This document shows positions 1 to 11,384 of a DNA stretch of 64,000 nucleotides, in pieces (positions within the stretch are counted from its first letter, which is position 1; each line of letters starts with the position of its first letter). The notes beneath the pieces are model-generated. The model was given only the letters and a program-made list of their open reading frames with translations. It was not told the origin of the DNA and ran no database searches. The DNA comes from Cyanidioschyzon merolae (taxonomy: Eukaryota): assembly GCA_000091205.1 (NCBI GenBank), contig AP006483.2. One strand, given 5' to 3'. The translations under genes and the position numbers were made by a program.

Positions 1-45
1 TTGTTGTTGTTGTCGTAGCAGCAGCAGCAGCAGCGCCGCTCGCCT
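1..45. repeat. Compound trinucleotide microsatellite (TTG)n followed by (CAG)n at the window edge
   Basis: Direct reading: ttgttgttgttgtcgtagcagcagcagcagcagc. Confidence 0.8.
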
Positions 46-663
46 AGTCCACGTATTCCGATAAAGTCAACGCTTCGCAACTCTACCCTGCGCCCGTGCG
101 TAACCGGGTTGCTGCAGCAACAGCGGCAGCAACAACTGGCAATGCCACGCGCTCGAACGTGGCGAGGCAGTTCTGTTCCCGATGAAACGTATGAGCGACA
201 CACACTGCTATACTGGAAAGTTGCGTTTATGTCGCAGCCGTGCGTTGGTCCTCGGAATGCCGTCGTAGGCGACGCCCTCAGACAACACTCGGGACGATGT
301 CGTACGAACCAGTGAACAGCACTGCTCGATGCTGAGACAACGACTGATTCGGAACAGTACGTCTATCGCATGCGCTGTGTGGAACGGGTAACTGGAATCT
401 CCAGTTGGAGTGCGCTTCTCTGTGTGTCATCGCTTTGGAAGTTTTGGGAACAAGGCTCTATGCATGCCTCTCCCTGGACATTTTTTCGACGCACAGGTGC
501 TTTCGATACCCGACACACTACTGTGGAGCACGTTAGTCGCATCCTCAGGGCTCGGGGCCGCACATGTGAACGTGCCCAGGTCGCTTGCCACTCCTACGGG
601 TTGCATCGTTCCTCTGCTTGCCAGTCAGAAGAAGTAGCCTTCGCTCGGCTGGGTCAACTTGAA

Positions 664-3360
664 TCACCAGTGCGTACCGCTCTGCGCTGACTTGTCGACT
701 GCCCCAGGCATCGACGTGGCTGACGAGTGCGTCTGGAGCAGTTTGAGCGCTTGACGTGGCTTCTCCTCAGGTGCACCCCGGTTACATTCGAACGTCTCGG
801 AACGCAGCGCATGCGTCGGCAGAGAGTCCGACACTGGTTGCACCCGACGGTAGAGGAGCAGCTCGTGCAGCGGAGCCTCCTCGGTTATGACGCACGGGCC
901 GAGCCAAACGGTGTCTCGGTTGTTGATGTCGACGTTGTCAGGGGATAACGAGCTTTTCAAAGTCGAGCACGCCGAGTCGATTCGCCAACGACACCAGTAA
1001 CCGGTCGGTAAGTAGACGCTTCGTCGACGCTGACCATAGGCGAGGACGGGTGCCACCAGCAGGTCTGTACCGATGAGGTATTCGTCGTCAACGCGGCTCG
1101 CGACTCCACTTAGCGGATGATCCGCGGTAAGGCGCTCATCCCAGCAGACAGGACGCACGATAGGCTCATCGTTCTGGAGTAGCGTGAGCAGGAGCGGAAC
1201 GATGGACGTTTCGCGAAAACGCAGGTATCTCCGAACGAGGTCGACGACGGTTTCAGAGAGTTCCGGATGAGGTGGTAGCAAGCGATCGAATAGTTGCGGC
1301 TGCAGAGAGAACTGCACACAAGGCATGGCGATGCTGGCTTGCAACCATCGAATATAGAGCTCTCGCAGCTGAGCGGGATCAGTCTCCAGAGCGACCTCAT
1401 CTGCATTACCATAAGCGTTTCCACCAATCATGTCGGGCATCACGACTTGGACGCCCAGTACGCTGACGGTCAAGGCGCCTGTGACGACACTCTTCAGGCC
1501 GTTATCGGTGCCCCATTTAGAGGATTTGTCGAAAAGGCGAACCACGACGGGCGCGAAGAGGCTATCAAACCAGGAGGTACGCACCTCCGCAATAGGGAAA
1601 CTTGAAGCCATGGCAACGTACTGACGCGTGTACTCGTTCTGCTGGAGTACTGCATCTGCGTCCAAGGCATCGCAGCGGAGAAGAGCGCTTGGGACAAAGG
1701 CACCTTCGCCGGCGTCGAACTTGAAGCCGTCGATTCCAGTTTCGTGTTGGAGTTGGCGGAGCTTGGACTGCCACCAATCCCGCGCTTCCGGTTTAAAGAC
1801 ATTGAGTAAATGACCCTGGCCTTGCCACCATTCTACTGGCCGTTTACCGTGGCCGAGAAGGAAGCCGCGGTCTCGAGCTTCGGCAAAGTTGGTACTCTCC
1901 TCGGTGATAAATGGCGGGATCCAGAGCGTTACGAGAAAGCCGCGGGCATGCAGGGCATCGACCAGTTGTCGCGGTTCCGGGAACTTGTTCGGATCGAAGC
2001 TTGTATCGCCGTAGTTTCGCTGCCACTTATCGTCTATCTCAATGATACCGCCCTGCAGGTCGAGCGAACGTAAGTTATCCGCCATAAGCATGACCTTGGT
2101 CGCGGTGACGTCGGCTTTCATTTCGGCCCAGGTAGACCAGATCACGCGCTCGATGAGGGCAGTGCTCTTCCAGGAGCGCTGCGGTGCGCCAAACCAGCGA
2201 CGCAAATGAGAAAACGTCTGGTCCAGTCTTGGTTCTGCTGCAATGAGCAGCTCAAGTTCTAGACGCTTTGCTCGCGCGGACCAAGCACAGAGCCGCTGGT
2301 CACCGCGAGTCGTGCCAGGCTGCTGCACGGGCGGGCACTGACGATGCGGTCGCTGGCGGCTGCGTCTCGTCTCGGCGTCCAGTACGGATGAATAGATCGG
2401 TATATAGACGTCCGTGGTGAACTTTTCATGGGGTATCGCCGGCTCCACCTGGGCATTCGACGAGACGTGTAAATCAAATGGAGGGTGCGGCATCACAACC
2501 GCTACCCCGGTTGAGGACAGGAGCACGGGAGAGAGCACCGAACCGACTCCACTGGGTGCATTGTCCCAGGTCACAAATGGGGTCGGCGGTAGCATTGCGT
2601 CCGACAGAGGCCACGTCTGATTTAGGAACTCACCTAGGCCGTACACCACCTTACCCTTAGGCTCGTTGAGCACATACGACCAACCGAGCAGTGACAATGG
2701 TTTCCCAGCACCTGCAGCCTGTTTTCCTGGTTCAGTACGCTCGGCTGTGAGACAAACGCGACAATCTTGACGGTCGCAATGCACTGCAATGGTAACCTCA
2801 ACAACGTCATCGGGGTCGGCTGCGTCGTGGTAGCGCAGACGAACACCAGCAGCTCTCGTTCTTTCGTTACATACGACCTCATTGCCGCCCTCGAACGCCA
2901 GTATTTTACGCTCAAATCTAGAGTTTCCGTCCTCCAAGCCCCAGAGCAACGAGCCGGTAGCGCAGAGCGCACCGTCTCGATATATATGGTACGTTGCAAG
3001 CGCCACCGTCACGCGTACAAGCAACTCGCGCGGCTCGTGCCGCAAAATGTACCACTCACCCGCACGCTCGGTAACTTTGAAATAGTTGCCTTCATATACC
3101 TCTTCTTTGACTTGAGTTTGCAGTACATTGGACTGTACCGCACGCGACAGCAGTGCGGCAGCGCCCACAGCGGAACTCAGTGTCCGGGCAAGCACGGTGC
3201 CGCCTGCAAACGCAGCTGCAACGTTCGCAGCTAACACGTCCGAGTTTCTCGGCAGCGACCCGCAATGCTCTAGTTTCTGAGCGTCGCCCTCCTGAAGTTT
3301 TTGGAAATCCTTGCTCAAAGCGTGCGCAAACACTGGTATCGAACGTGATACACCTTTCAT
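664..3360 (-). CDS. Glycoside hydrolase family 31 protein (alpha-glucosidase / MYORG-like), 898 aa
   Basis: Long ATG-initiated ORF. GH31-type catalytic region 'GIDGFKFDAGE', and 'IEIDDKWQ' and 'WIPPF' segments typical of GH31 barrels. Stop is TGA. Confidence 0.7.
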   Translation of the reverse strand: MKGVSRSIPVFAHALSKDFQKLQEGDAQKLEHCGSLPRNSDVLAANVAAAFAGGTVLARTLSSAVGAAALLSRAVQSNVLQTQVKEEVYEGNYFKVTERAGEWYILRHEPRELLVRVTVALATYHIYRDGALCATGSLLWGLEDGNSRFERKILAFEGGNEVVCNERTRAAGVRLRYHDAADPDDVVEVTIAVHCDRQDCRVCLTAERTEPGKQAAGAGKPLSLLGWSYVLNEPKGKVVYGLGEFLNQTWPLSDAMLPPTPFVTWDNAPSGVGSVLSPVLLSSTGVAVVMPHPPFDLHVSSNAQVEPAIPHEKFTTDVYIPIYSSVLDAETRRSRQRPHRQCPPVQQPGTTRGDQRLCAWSARAKRLELELLIAAEPRLDQTFSHLRRWFGAPQRSWKSTALIERVIWSTWAEMKADVTATKVMLMADNLRSLDLQGGIIEIDDKWQRNYGDTSFDPNKFPEPRQLVDALHARGFLVTLWIPPFITEESTNFAEARDRGFLLGHGKRPVEWWQGQGHLLNVFKPEARDWWQSKLRQLQHETGIDGFKFDAGEGAFVPSALLRCDALDADAVLQQNEYTRQYVAMASSFPIAEVRTSWFDSLFAPVVVRLFDKSSKWGTDNGLKSVVTGALTVSVLGVQVVMPDMIGGNAYGNADEVALETDPAQLRELYIRWLQASIAMPCVQFSLQPQLFDRLLPPHPELSETVVDLVRRYLRFRETSIVPLLLTLLQNDEPIVRPVCWDERLTADHPLSGVASRVDDEYLIGTDLLVAPVLAYGQRRRSVYLPTGYWCRWRIDSACSTLKSSLSPDNVDINNRDTVWLGPCVITEEAPLHELLLYRRVQPVSDSLPTHALRSETFECNRGAPEEKPRQALKLLQTHSSATSMPGAVDKSAQSGTHW

Positions 3361-3718
3361 ATTGGGAAAGCGTCAAGCGTACGAATGCTGGAATGCCACT
3401 GCATGCTCCGGAAACGTGAGGCGCAGCGAGCGCACGCGATGCCGGAATTTCGAATCGCCTCGGAAGGCGTCCGGCGGCGTCCATCGCAGCAGACACCCAA
3501 AACGGTACCATTCTGTACATATATACACACAAGTGGATCAATGACATCGAGCGATGGCCAAGTCGAATGCAGCTGCGATGCGCTGGCTGCATCGTAGGCG
3601 AGCATCATGGAGGGCGGTTTTCCGGCGAATGACGAACGTCCTCTGCACAGGCAGGTGCATGTATCCTAACGAGCGATGTGCACGTGGTAATGCTGCTGCA
3701 CCTGAATAATCCAAGTAG

Positions 3719-3757
3719 TTGCTGGTGCTGAATCGTTGTTGTTGTCGTTGTTGTTGT
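3719..3757. repeat. (GTT/GTC)n microsatellite
   Basis: gttgttgttgtcgttgttgttgttgtcgtcgtcgg; this produces the spurious poly-Thr/poly-Cys ORFs in the track. Confidence 0.8.
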
Positions 3758-3917
3758 TGTCGTCGTCGGAGTGGTATATCCGTGTATGGGTATCGCGAGG
3801 CAAGCGGTGCTCGAGTCCGGCGCGAAGATGCAGCTCAATCGCCAGCTGTTGGTGTATCCTGTCATGAATCGTTTGCACGACAATCGAGTCAGTGTAGAAC
3901 GGCAAGGGTCTGCTCAT

Positions 3918-5224
3918 TCGGGAGTACACACGAACGATTGGGATTCGTTCCGCTCGGGTGCCAACAGTGGCCTTTAAGGGGCCTTTATTCCACAAATGCT
4001 GTGTTCTCCTCTGTCTTGTATTTGGCTTTGCATACGCTGGTCTGCGACGCTCCTTCAGCTTCGTTATCAGCAGTCGATGGGTGTCGAAAGCGGCGTTCAA
4101 CGACCAATGTCGGTGCTTCCGCCTGTTGTCGACGCATTGCATGCAGGTGCACCAGTTACGATGCACACTTTGCTTGGCATTCTCGTCTCGTTTGAGCACG
4201 GCATCTGTGCACGCTTCGCACTGGTGGCACTCGACCGTCATTGGAGCTCCTCGAATGCTCACGAAACCTCCTTCTTCGAAGACGACCTCCAGGTGCGACG
4301 GGACTCGCTCCACCGCTCCTTAGGTGGCCCCGACGGGTATCGGGGGCTTCACGCGATAGACGTCTCCGTTTCCGCTGCTGAGGGATCCCGTCGACGATGT
4401 CGTTGTCCGCTGGACACTTGAGCGCGCGCTATTCCATTCGACAGAGTAATTGTGGAGCGCGATGCTTCATACGATGAAACAGGTGTCGAAGAGAATATCC
4501 AGGCAGCAGAGCAAATCCAGAGACTCAGATCCTTGTACGCTCCCTCTGTAGCGAGCGGTGACACACACTCCACTGACACCGGGCTCGCTGCGTAGACTCA
4601 GGTCCGAGTCCAGGGCCCTGTCCCCGTGAAAGCGGAACAGACGGGAGCCCCTGGAGACGTCTCTCATGCGTGGTACCATGCTGTTGTCGAATGCAGTTTC
4701 ATCGACAGCGGAGAAACCGAGCGTGATTTGATATTCGACCATGATCACTTACTCTAGGTGACATGTTCAGTGAATGTTCGACGTAGCGTCCTGAGGGAGC
4801 TTTCCAGAGTCGACGTCGAGCTTCTTTCCCTGGGAATCGAGCGACACGAATCGCAGCGCCCGCAAGTGCCCTTGAACCAGAGAGATCGGAAACTGTCAGC
4901 ATGCGTCATTGGCGCCTGCTCCACACGGGCAAAGGAAAAACCTGGAGGCCTCTGCATACGAACCGGATAATCATAGCGATTGGTGTACGAGCCCTGGTTC
5001 GAGTGCTTTGCGAATCACCTTGAGTCTGGTATCGTCACGAATGCCAGCGGTGAGCAGTCGATGCAGCCAGCTCGTGAGAACGACCGTGACACCTTTGACC
5101 ATTTACCAAACTCGTAAACTCTTATTACTGGACTTTGAATCTCGAGCCGGTGCACGTTGAGTTTGGAAACATCTAGAGTCAGGAACAAGCGAGCAGTTCA
5201 GGGCTCCGTATCTAGTCTGCTACA
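3918..5224. repeat. Inverted repeat copy A (~1307 bp); partner at ~11385-12691
   Basis: Six short ORF pairs in the track are near-identical in opposite orientation (e.g. 4909-5160(+) vs 11449-11700(-), 3996-4421(+) vs 12188-12613(-)). I read the boundaries directly: the outer edge diverges after '...gtatctagtctgctaca', the inner edge after 'gtgtgtactcccga'. Confidence 0.85.
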
Positions 5225-5576
5225 TGTCAGCGCAGCATCCTTCTCAGGTGGGTGCAAGTGCCGGCTGCAGGCATACGGCGTATGCGTTACAGCTTCCGTG
5301 CCGTGCGCTCTATTCTTGAAGCGAATGGTATGCGCTATCTCTGTTCAGTGTCGTCTCTGATCTGGGCAGCTGCTGGATTCTAGTGCGGACGCCACAGAGC
5401 CTTGCACCGTACCCAGGCTGTTTCGCACTGGCGGAACTGCCGCTAGAGGAGGTGCTTGTTGGAGCGCGCGGCACTTGGGCCTCGCTTGCTGAACCTGCTG
5501 CAGCTGGAGTGCACTCGGTGACTCCGCAGCAGCAGCAACGTCAACAGCTGCAGATAGGCAACTACATCAGAAGGAA

Positions 5577-7451
5577 ATGAGCAGTTCCGTGCGCTATGGG
5601 GCACTGCGGACGCTCCAGGGCGTAGCGGCACGTGGTGCGCACACTGCTGCTTTTCGCCAACAGTGCGGCGACCGAGGATCGCTTCTACGTGCCCTGGGGA
5701 AGCGCGCTGAGGCACCCGTCGCACAAGGCTGTAAGCAAACACGCAACGATGCAGAGTCTTGGCCTCGAGGTCTCGCTCGTGGCCCCGGCCGGGCGTTCTT
5801 TAGCAACCACACCGGCTACCAGGACGCGTACCGACAGCAGCGTGCTTCCGAGGTCGCCGCCGCAGAGGAAAAGGAGATGCTGCTGCTGAGGAAGCTCAGA
5901 CTAAAACTTACGAGGCCGGTCTCGCAGGCAACCGGTCATACGCATCCACATCTCCTGGACATAGACCAGGTTACACCTGGTATTCCACTCGCGGAGTATC
6001 GAGCGCGACGACAAGCACTGGCAGCGCTCATGCCGCCACATTCGCTGCTCATTTTACCCGCTGCTCCAGAGCAGTTTTACTCAATGGACGTTCCACATCG
6101 CTACCGTCAACACACGGACTTTCTGTACTTTACGGGGTGTCTGGAACCGCAGGCTGCACTCGTGGTCTACAAACCGCGCTCTGCTGCCGTTGACGCCTCG
6201 GCCATCGAGCCGGGCCCTCAACCGGATGCACTGCAAGCTGAGTTTCTCCTCTTCGTCCGCGCGAGAGACGCATCCCGGGAGCTCTGGGATGGCCCCATGA
6301 TTGGCATTGAAGACGCTCCGGCAATGTTCGGCATTCCCAATGTGTACCCAGTGGAGCGCCTGGGCGCTCTCGTTGCCGAGATTATGCATGGTGGCGAGCC
6401 GACTCCGCCGTCACTCTTCTTTGACGCAAATGTGAATTCCGAGTTCACGAAACGTGTGGGTACCGCTCTGGCACCCGACAAGTCCATGGAATCCGCCGCC
6501 GGCGCCGCCTGGCAGTCTTTTGCGTCGCGTCTGTGTTCACCGGTGCCTCTGACGCAACCGCTGCGGTTGTTCAAGTCACCGAACGAGCTCGCATTGATGC
6601 GTCGTGCCGCTGCAGTTACAGCGGATGCATTTATCGACGCGATGCAGCGCACTAGCGCCGGACTTGGTGAATGGCAAATCGCTGCGCGCATGGCCTATAC
6701 CATGGGGTTTCGTGGCGGCCCCAGCGCTCGCCTTGCGTTCCCCATGGTGGTGGCATCGGGTCCACGAGCCTGCACGCTCCATTATACGGAGAACGCAGCG
6801 CTACTGCAAAAACACCACATGCTCATGGTCGACGCCGGCGTTGAACTGCATGGCTATTGCAGCGATATCTCTCGTTCGTGGCCTGTCGATGGCCGGTTCC
6901 GAGGAGCTGCCAAGACCCTCTACGATATGCTGCTGAGCATTCACGAGGCTTGCTTGAAGCTCGCGCGGGAGCAAACGCACCCATCGCATACCGCTGGTGA
7001 TGTCGCCGGTGAATGCCGAGCGCCAGCGGCCAGCCTGGAGCACCTTCACCGAGTCTGCGTTCGGATGATTGCGGAGAATCTGTATGAACTAGGGTTTTTC
7101 GGCCGACGACACCGGGTAGATGAGATCATCGAGCGCGGTCTCTACGGACGGTACTTTCCGCATGCGCTCGGGCACTATCTGGGCATGGATACACACGACA
7201 CTCATCAGTTGAGCAAGGCGATTCCGTTTCGAGCTGGCATGGTGATCACTGTGGAGCCCGGCGTATACGTCCCGGTGGCAGATGGTGATGCACCAGCAGC
7301 CTTTCGAGGTCTAGGCATGCGCATCGAGGACGACGTGGTGATTCGCCCGGGCGGAGCCGCCCCGGAAATCCTCTCCGCGGGGATTCCTCTGCAAGCGCGA
7401 GATATCGAGGCGGTTATGCGTGAGATAGCCACGACAAGCGCGCACTATTGA
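5577..7451 (+). CDS. Xaa-Pro aminopeptidase, M24B family (mitochondrial XPNPEP3 / Icp55-like), 624 aa
   Basis: M24 'pita-bread' metal-binding motifs: 'HYTENAALLQKHHMLMVDAGVELHGYCSDISRSWPVDGRF', 'HYLGMDTHD', 'GMVITVEPGVY', 'GMRIEDDVVI'. The Arg-rich N-terminal extension is consistent with a mitochondrial presequence. ATG at 5577, TGA stop. Confidence 0.85.
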   Translation: MSSSVRYGALRTLQGVAARGAHTAAFRQQCGDRGSLLRALGKRAEAPVAQGCKQTRNDAESWPRGLARGPGRAFFSNHTGYQDAYRQQRASEVAAAEEKEMLLLRKLRLKLTRPVSQATGHTHPHLLDIDQVTPGIPLAEYRARRQALAALMPPHSLLILPAAPEQFYSMDVPHRYRQHTDFLYFTGCLEPQAALVVYKPRSAAVDASAIEPGPQPDALQAEFLLFVRARDASRELWDGPMIGIEDAPAMFGIPNVYPVERLGALVAEIMHGGEPTPPSLFFDANVNSEFTKRVGTALAPDKSMESAAGAAWQSFASRLCSPVPLTQPLRLFKSPNELALMRRAAAVTADAFIDAMQRTSAGLGEWQIAARMAYTMGFRGGPSARLAFPMVVASGPRACTLHYTENAALLQKHHMLMVDAGVELHGYCSDISRSWPVDGRFRGAAKTLYDMLLSIHEACLKLAREQTHPSHTAGDVAGECRAPAASLEHLHRVCVRMIAENLYELGFFGRRHRVDEIIERGLYGRYFPHALGHYLGMDTHDTHQLSKAIPFRAGMVITVEPGVYVPVADGDAPAAFRGLGMRIEDDVVIRPGGAAPEILSAGIPLQARDIEAVMREIATTSAHY

Positions 7452-10400
7452 AGCTAGTTTGGATCGCTCGGTAGACGCTCTTCTATCGAATGATGGAATA
7501 CTCCATGATTTTGGGCCAGTTGCTCAGGAAACGCCTAGTCGGTGTATGGATGCGGCGCTGGAGCCTTTCTTGTACGCTGAAACGTACCATACCGAGGCAT
7601 TGCCTGTGGCAAGCGTTCGATTCCACCTCTGCTGGCCGCTGCTATTTTTCCAACGGGATTCTGAGGTCACGTAGCACATTGCCCGCCCAGAGTACGAAGC
7701 GACGGTCTCGAAAGTTTGCTCTACAAAACGCTGCTCGACGCCCCGAATCCATGAGATACTTTTGAATGATGATCGAAGCGTTCAAGTCGGGGTGCAGAGC
7801 ATGCCAGCGCGCATCGTTGCTGGTGGAATCATACCGCACAGAGCCTCTGAACTTCGATTGTCTCGCCAACTGACGTTTGTTCCGTCGACCGTAAACTGTC
7901 TCGTGGACCCGTCTCTGTTTCATTGTTGTCTTCTCTGTGTGCCCCAGCATACATCCCGTGCTCGTGATACCTGTAGGTTATCCAGGACGCATCCAGGGGA
8001 ATCGTGCACAACCGATTCTTGCTATCGTTGGTCGCTCTCAGCCAGCAAGCAGGAGTGCACTTGCTGCGTGGACCAGGATGTATAGCGCAACGCGCGACTA
8101 GAAACCGACGTGACTTTTCGGCCAGTTGCTTTTTTTTAACGTACTGAATAAGTTGGTAGAGGCGCGCTTCCCGCCTCCGTTCATCCGAAATCGTTGGCGA
8201 TCGAAAGCGTGGTCTCGTGGATGCCTGCCAGGGATCCAGTGCATGAGCCATTGACAGGCTCATGGACTCTATTTGAGAAAAGTGTACAGTGCAGCTCGCT
8301 CTGCTCCGTATGTCGCTCAGAGCGTCGATACGGGTCCAGACGTCTTCACTAGACTTTTTGGTATGCCATCTGGTGTCTGTCGGGCCTGCTGCTCAATTGT
8401 ATCGAGCCCGGGAAGCGTCGAGTGGCCCCAGCTGCTCTCGGTTCACCTCTTTGACGCCGTCGTTTGGATTTGGAGGTACAGCGACGGAGAGGACGTTGTC
8501 CAGCCTGCGATCGAGTCCCATTGCAACGCGCTTATCTTCGATGAATTTGAACGGTTGAAAATGGGTATCGTTACGCGTCTAAGGTTGAGGGTTTCGCGCT
8601 CCTCATGAGGTGTATACTTATTGATATTCTCTCGCTCTTCATATTCCCTGCAAACTGCTTTCCATATTCTCCCTGGGAACAAGAAAATATGAATGTGCTC
8701 CGCCAATGCACTTCCAGAAGTTTAATGAATGCTCCTTGCAGTAAAGCATGATGTGCGGCGATGGAACGGGCCTTGAAAGGATCTCTGGAATAAAATCGAA
8801 GTCAAGCTTGATGAGGATCGGGCGCTCGGACTCGGGAATGCGTCTGCTTTGGCTATGGAGGGCTCTTCTTTAGATCTCTTTGCAATGTACGGCGCAAGGT
8901 GGGCGTCATGTTCCGAGCATCCTTTGGATATGACGCATCTCTCTGTGTGCGAGGCGGGACCGTACACTATGAGCTTGGACGAGGTGAGTCGACTCTCGCT
9001 CTGGTCGCAGCATGTGTTCAGAACTCGCTACCATCCCGAGCGCTTCTGGCACCACCAGCTCGACACTTGCCTCCGTCGACGCACCGCAAGTGCCTTGCAT
9101 CAGAGCCCACATTTTCGGACCAGGATTCTGAGGGTTCGAAGCTCACAGGATGCATCTCGTGAAGCGCTCGAGACTGAACCGCAATTAAGATCGGATGTTG
9201 AGGTTCGTTTGATACGTTTTCACAACGGCGTTGTAGATATACCGATCGACGACGTTTTGTGAAGACGCATCAGGTTTATTTGGGGAAAGCGTGTCCACAA
9301 AAACGCGGATCCTACGACCAAGCGCCTCTGCAGCTCCAGTACTGCGAAGCGGTTGTGTTGCCGCACTAGGGTTGAATCGAAAAATTTCAAAGGAATGTCG
9401 ACAGCGGGCAGCCCGGTTCCCCAAACTGAAAGGAACAGTTGCTTGATGAGGTCCGTCAACGCGACGGAGGCTAGAGAGGACTTGCTCGGGACGGAGGAGG
9501 AAGCGGCTTCGTCGATAGTTGTGTCGTGCATCTCCATTTTCGTGCACATTCTGTCTGTTGGGATGGTTTACTGCGGCGATCTTGGCCAACCTTCCTCACC
9601 GATGTATATCCGCTCTGACAGTTTCCTCTTCTTGGTTCACCTCGTCATGTATTCCGAACGATTTCTGGCTTGATTGTCCGTTTTTTTCTCGTAGTTCTTC
9701 TCTGGCATCTCCTGGACTCGGTGGGATGACATGCATGTGGGCGCGATACCCCATATCCACTTGTTCTTCGGGATTCAGACGTATTGGGTGAATGTTTGGA
9801 ACGCAGCTTGCTTTCTCCGTTGATGCGCGTACGGGTTTTCACCAAAACATTCTCGTCATCTTCAACGTCAAGAATACACCCATAGACCGAAGCATGCATC
9901 TCCGCTCCCTCGCAGGCGCGAGCAAAGAAGCAACAGCATCTTTCAGAGCAGGTGGAGTTCGAGCAAAACCCGCCAAACAACCTCGATGTCTCAAATGCGA
10001 ACGAATTTTCTATGGATCCCTGAGCGTACAACCGGCTTTTGACGATAGAAAAGGCTCGTTGGAATGAAGTCGACCCAGGGCGACAGGCTGATTCGAAGGC
10101 CAGCTCAACGCCAATGCCAGCTGCGAGCTCCTTGAAAGATTTCGAGTCGTGCAGAGAGATGCTGTCGAAGAGCAGGAAGTACGTAAACAGTACTCTGTCA
10201 CGAAGAATGCTTTGATCAAGGATGAGGCGCTGAAAGATGCTGTCTGTTCGGTGGTTCACTGGCGAATACACCACTGAATCGCCATCAGGGCGGTTGGTGT
10301 CGTGATTCTCGCTTGCCGCTTCCTTACGAACAGTTATTTGTTCGAGCTGAGAGCCCACATACAGGTCTAGACCGTTTCCGCCGAATCAGGTCTCATCGAG

Positions 10401-11384
10401 TTGGACGAGCATTCCAAGTCCTGTGATGAGCGTTCGGGTTTTCGGTTTGCAGTCGGATGTGTGCTGGTCAATACGCGATCGTCTTCCACAGAAGCGCGCC
10501 TTTGATATCGTCTATGCAAGCCTCTTTATCATCGTTAAATTCGATGGCAAACAAATTCACATGTTCCACCTTCCTTCCCAGTGCTGTCTGGAGAGCGTTT
10601 GCTTTCGACTCGTTCGACACGAAGAGGATCGTGTGGATCGAGGTTGATACCCCTCTGTTCGGAATGCACCATGTTCAGGGCACGGGCTGTGCGAAAGCTC
10701 TTCATCCATCCGTTGCTCGCAGAATGACGGACTCGTGGAATTGAGATCGATTCCTGCAAGCTAACGGTGATAGCCTACATTCCTCCCGCGACATCTCTTC
10801 AGCCTGCGAGAAAAAAGTCCCATCGCCCAGTACCCGCGACAGAAAAGAAACAAAACAAATGAAGCGAGCTGGTACCGGCATTCTAGGATTTACTGCCCGC
10901 AGATCGAATGAGCATAGCAATCTCTGGGAATAAATGTATCGTTCAGAATGTAATGGAGTATGCTCATACGAAGCAGACTAGCTTGCTTTCGTTGTCTTTT
11001 CTCTGGCACCAGATCGGATGACGTGAACACGTCTGTTCCGCAACGTGCTGGAGCGCGGCCATCGTCTGGACAAGGCATCTAGACATGTCGCTCTGGATCC
11101 AGAGACGGTACGTTTGTACGTTCACGACCGCGTAGGTCGATCCGTTTCGCGGGCGAACGTCCGCAAGCGCATCGCAAAGCCGTTCCATGTCCATGCGATG
11201 CTCACGAACAGGACTGGTACCCGCAGGGTGGTCGCATTCGTCCAGTCATTCTCGCCGCAGGCATCACTGCTCGAGGCGAGCTAGCACCCGGACGGTTCTG
11301 TGGATGAGCAAAAACCTGTTCCTATGCTCGTGAGAAAGTTCATACATCCCGGGGGCTTGCCAGACTCATTGATGCACTCTACTT

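Noticed and set aside
3605-3883. ORFs with poly-Thr / poly-Cys runs ('TTTTTTTTTTT', 'CCCRCCCC')
   Set aside because: They are translation artefacts of the (GTT/GTC)n microsatellite.
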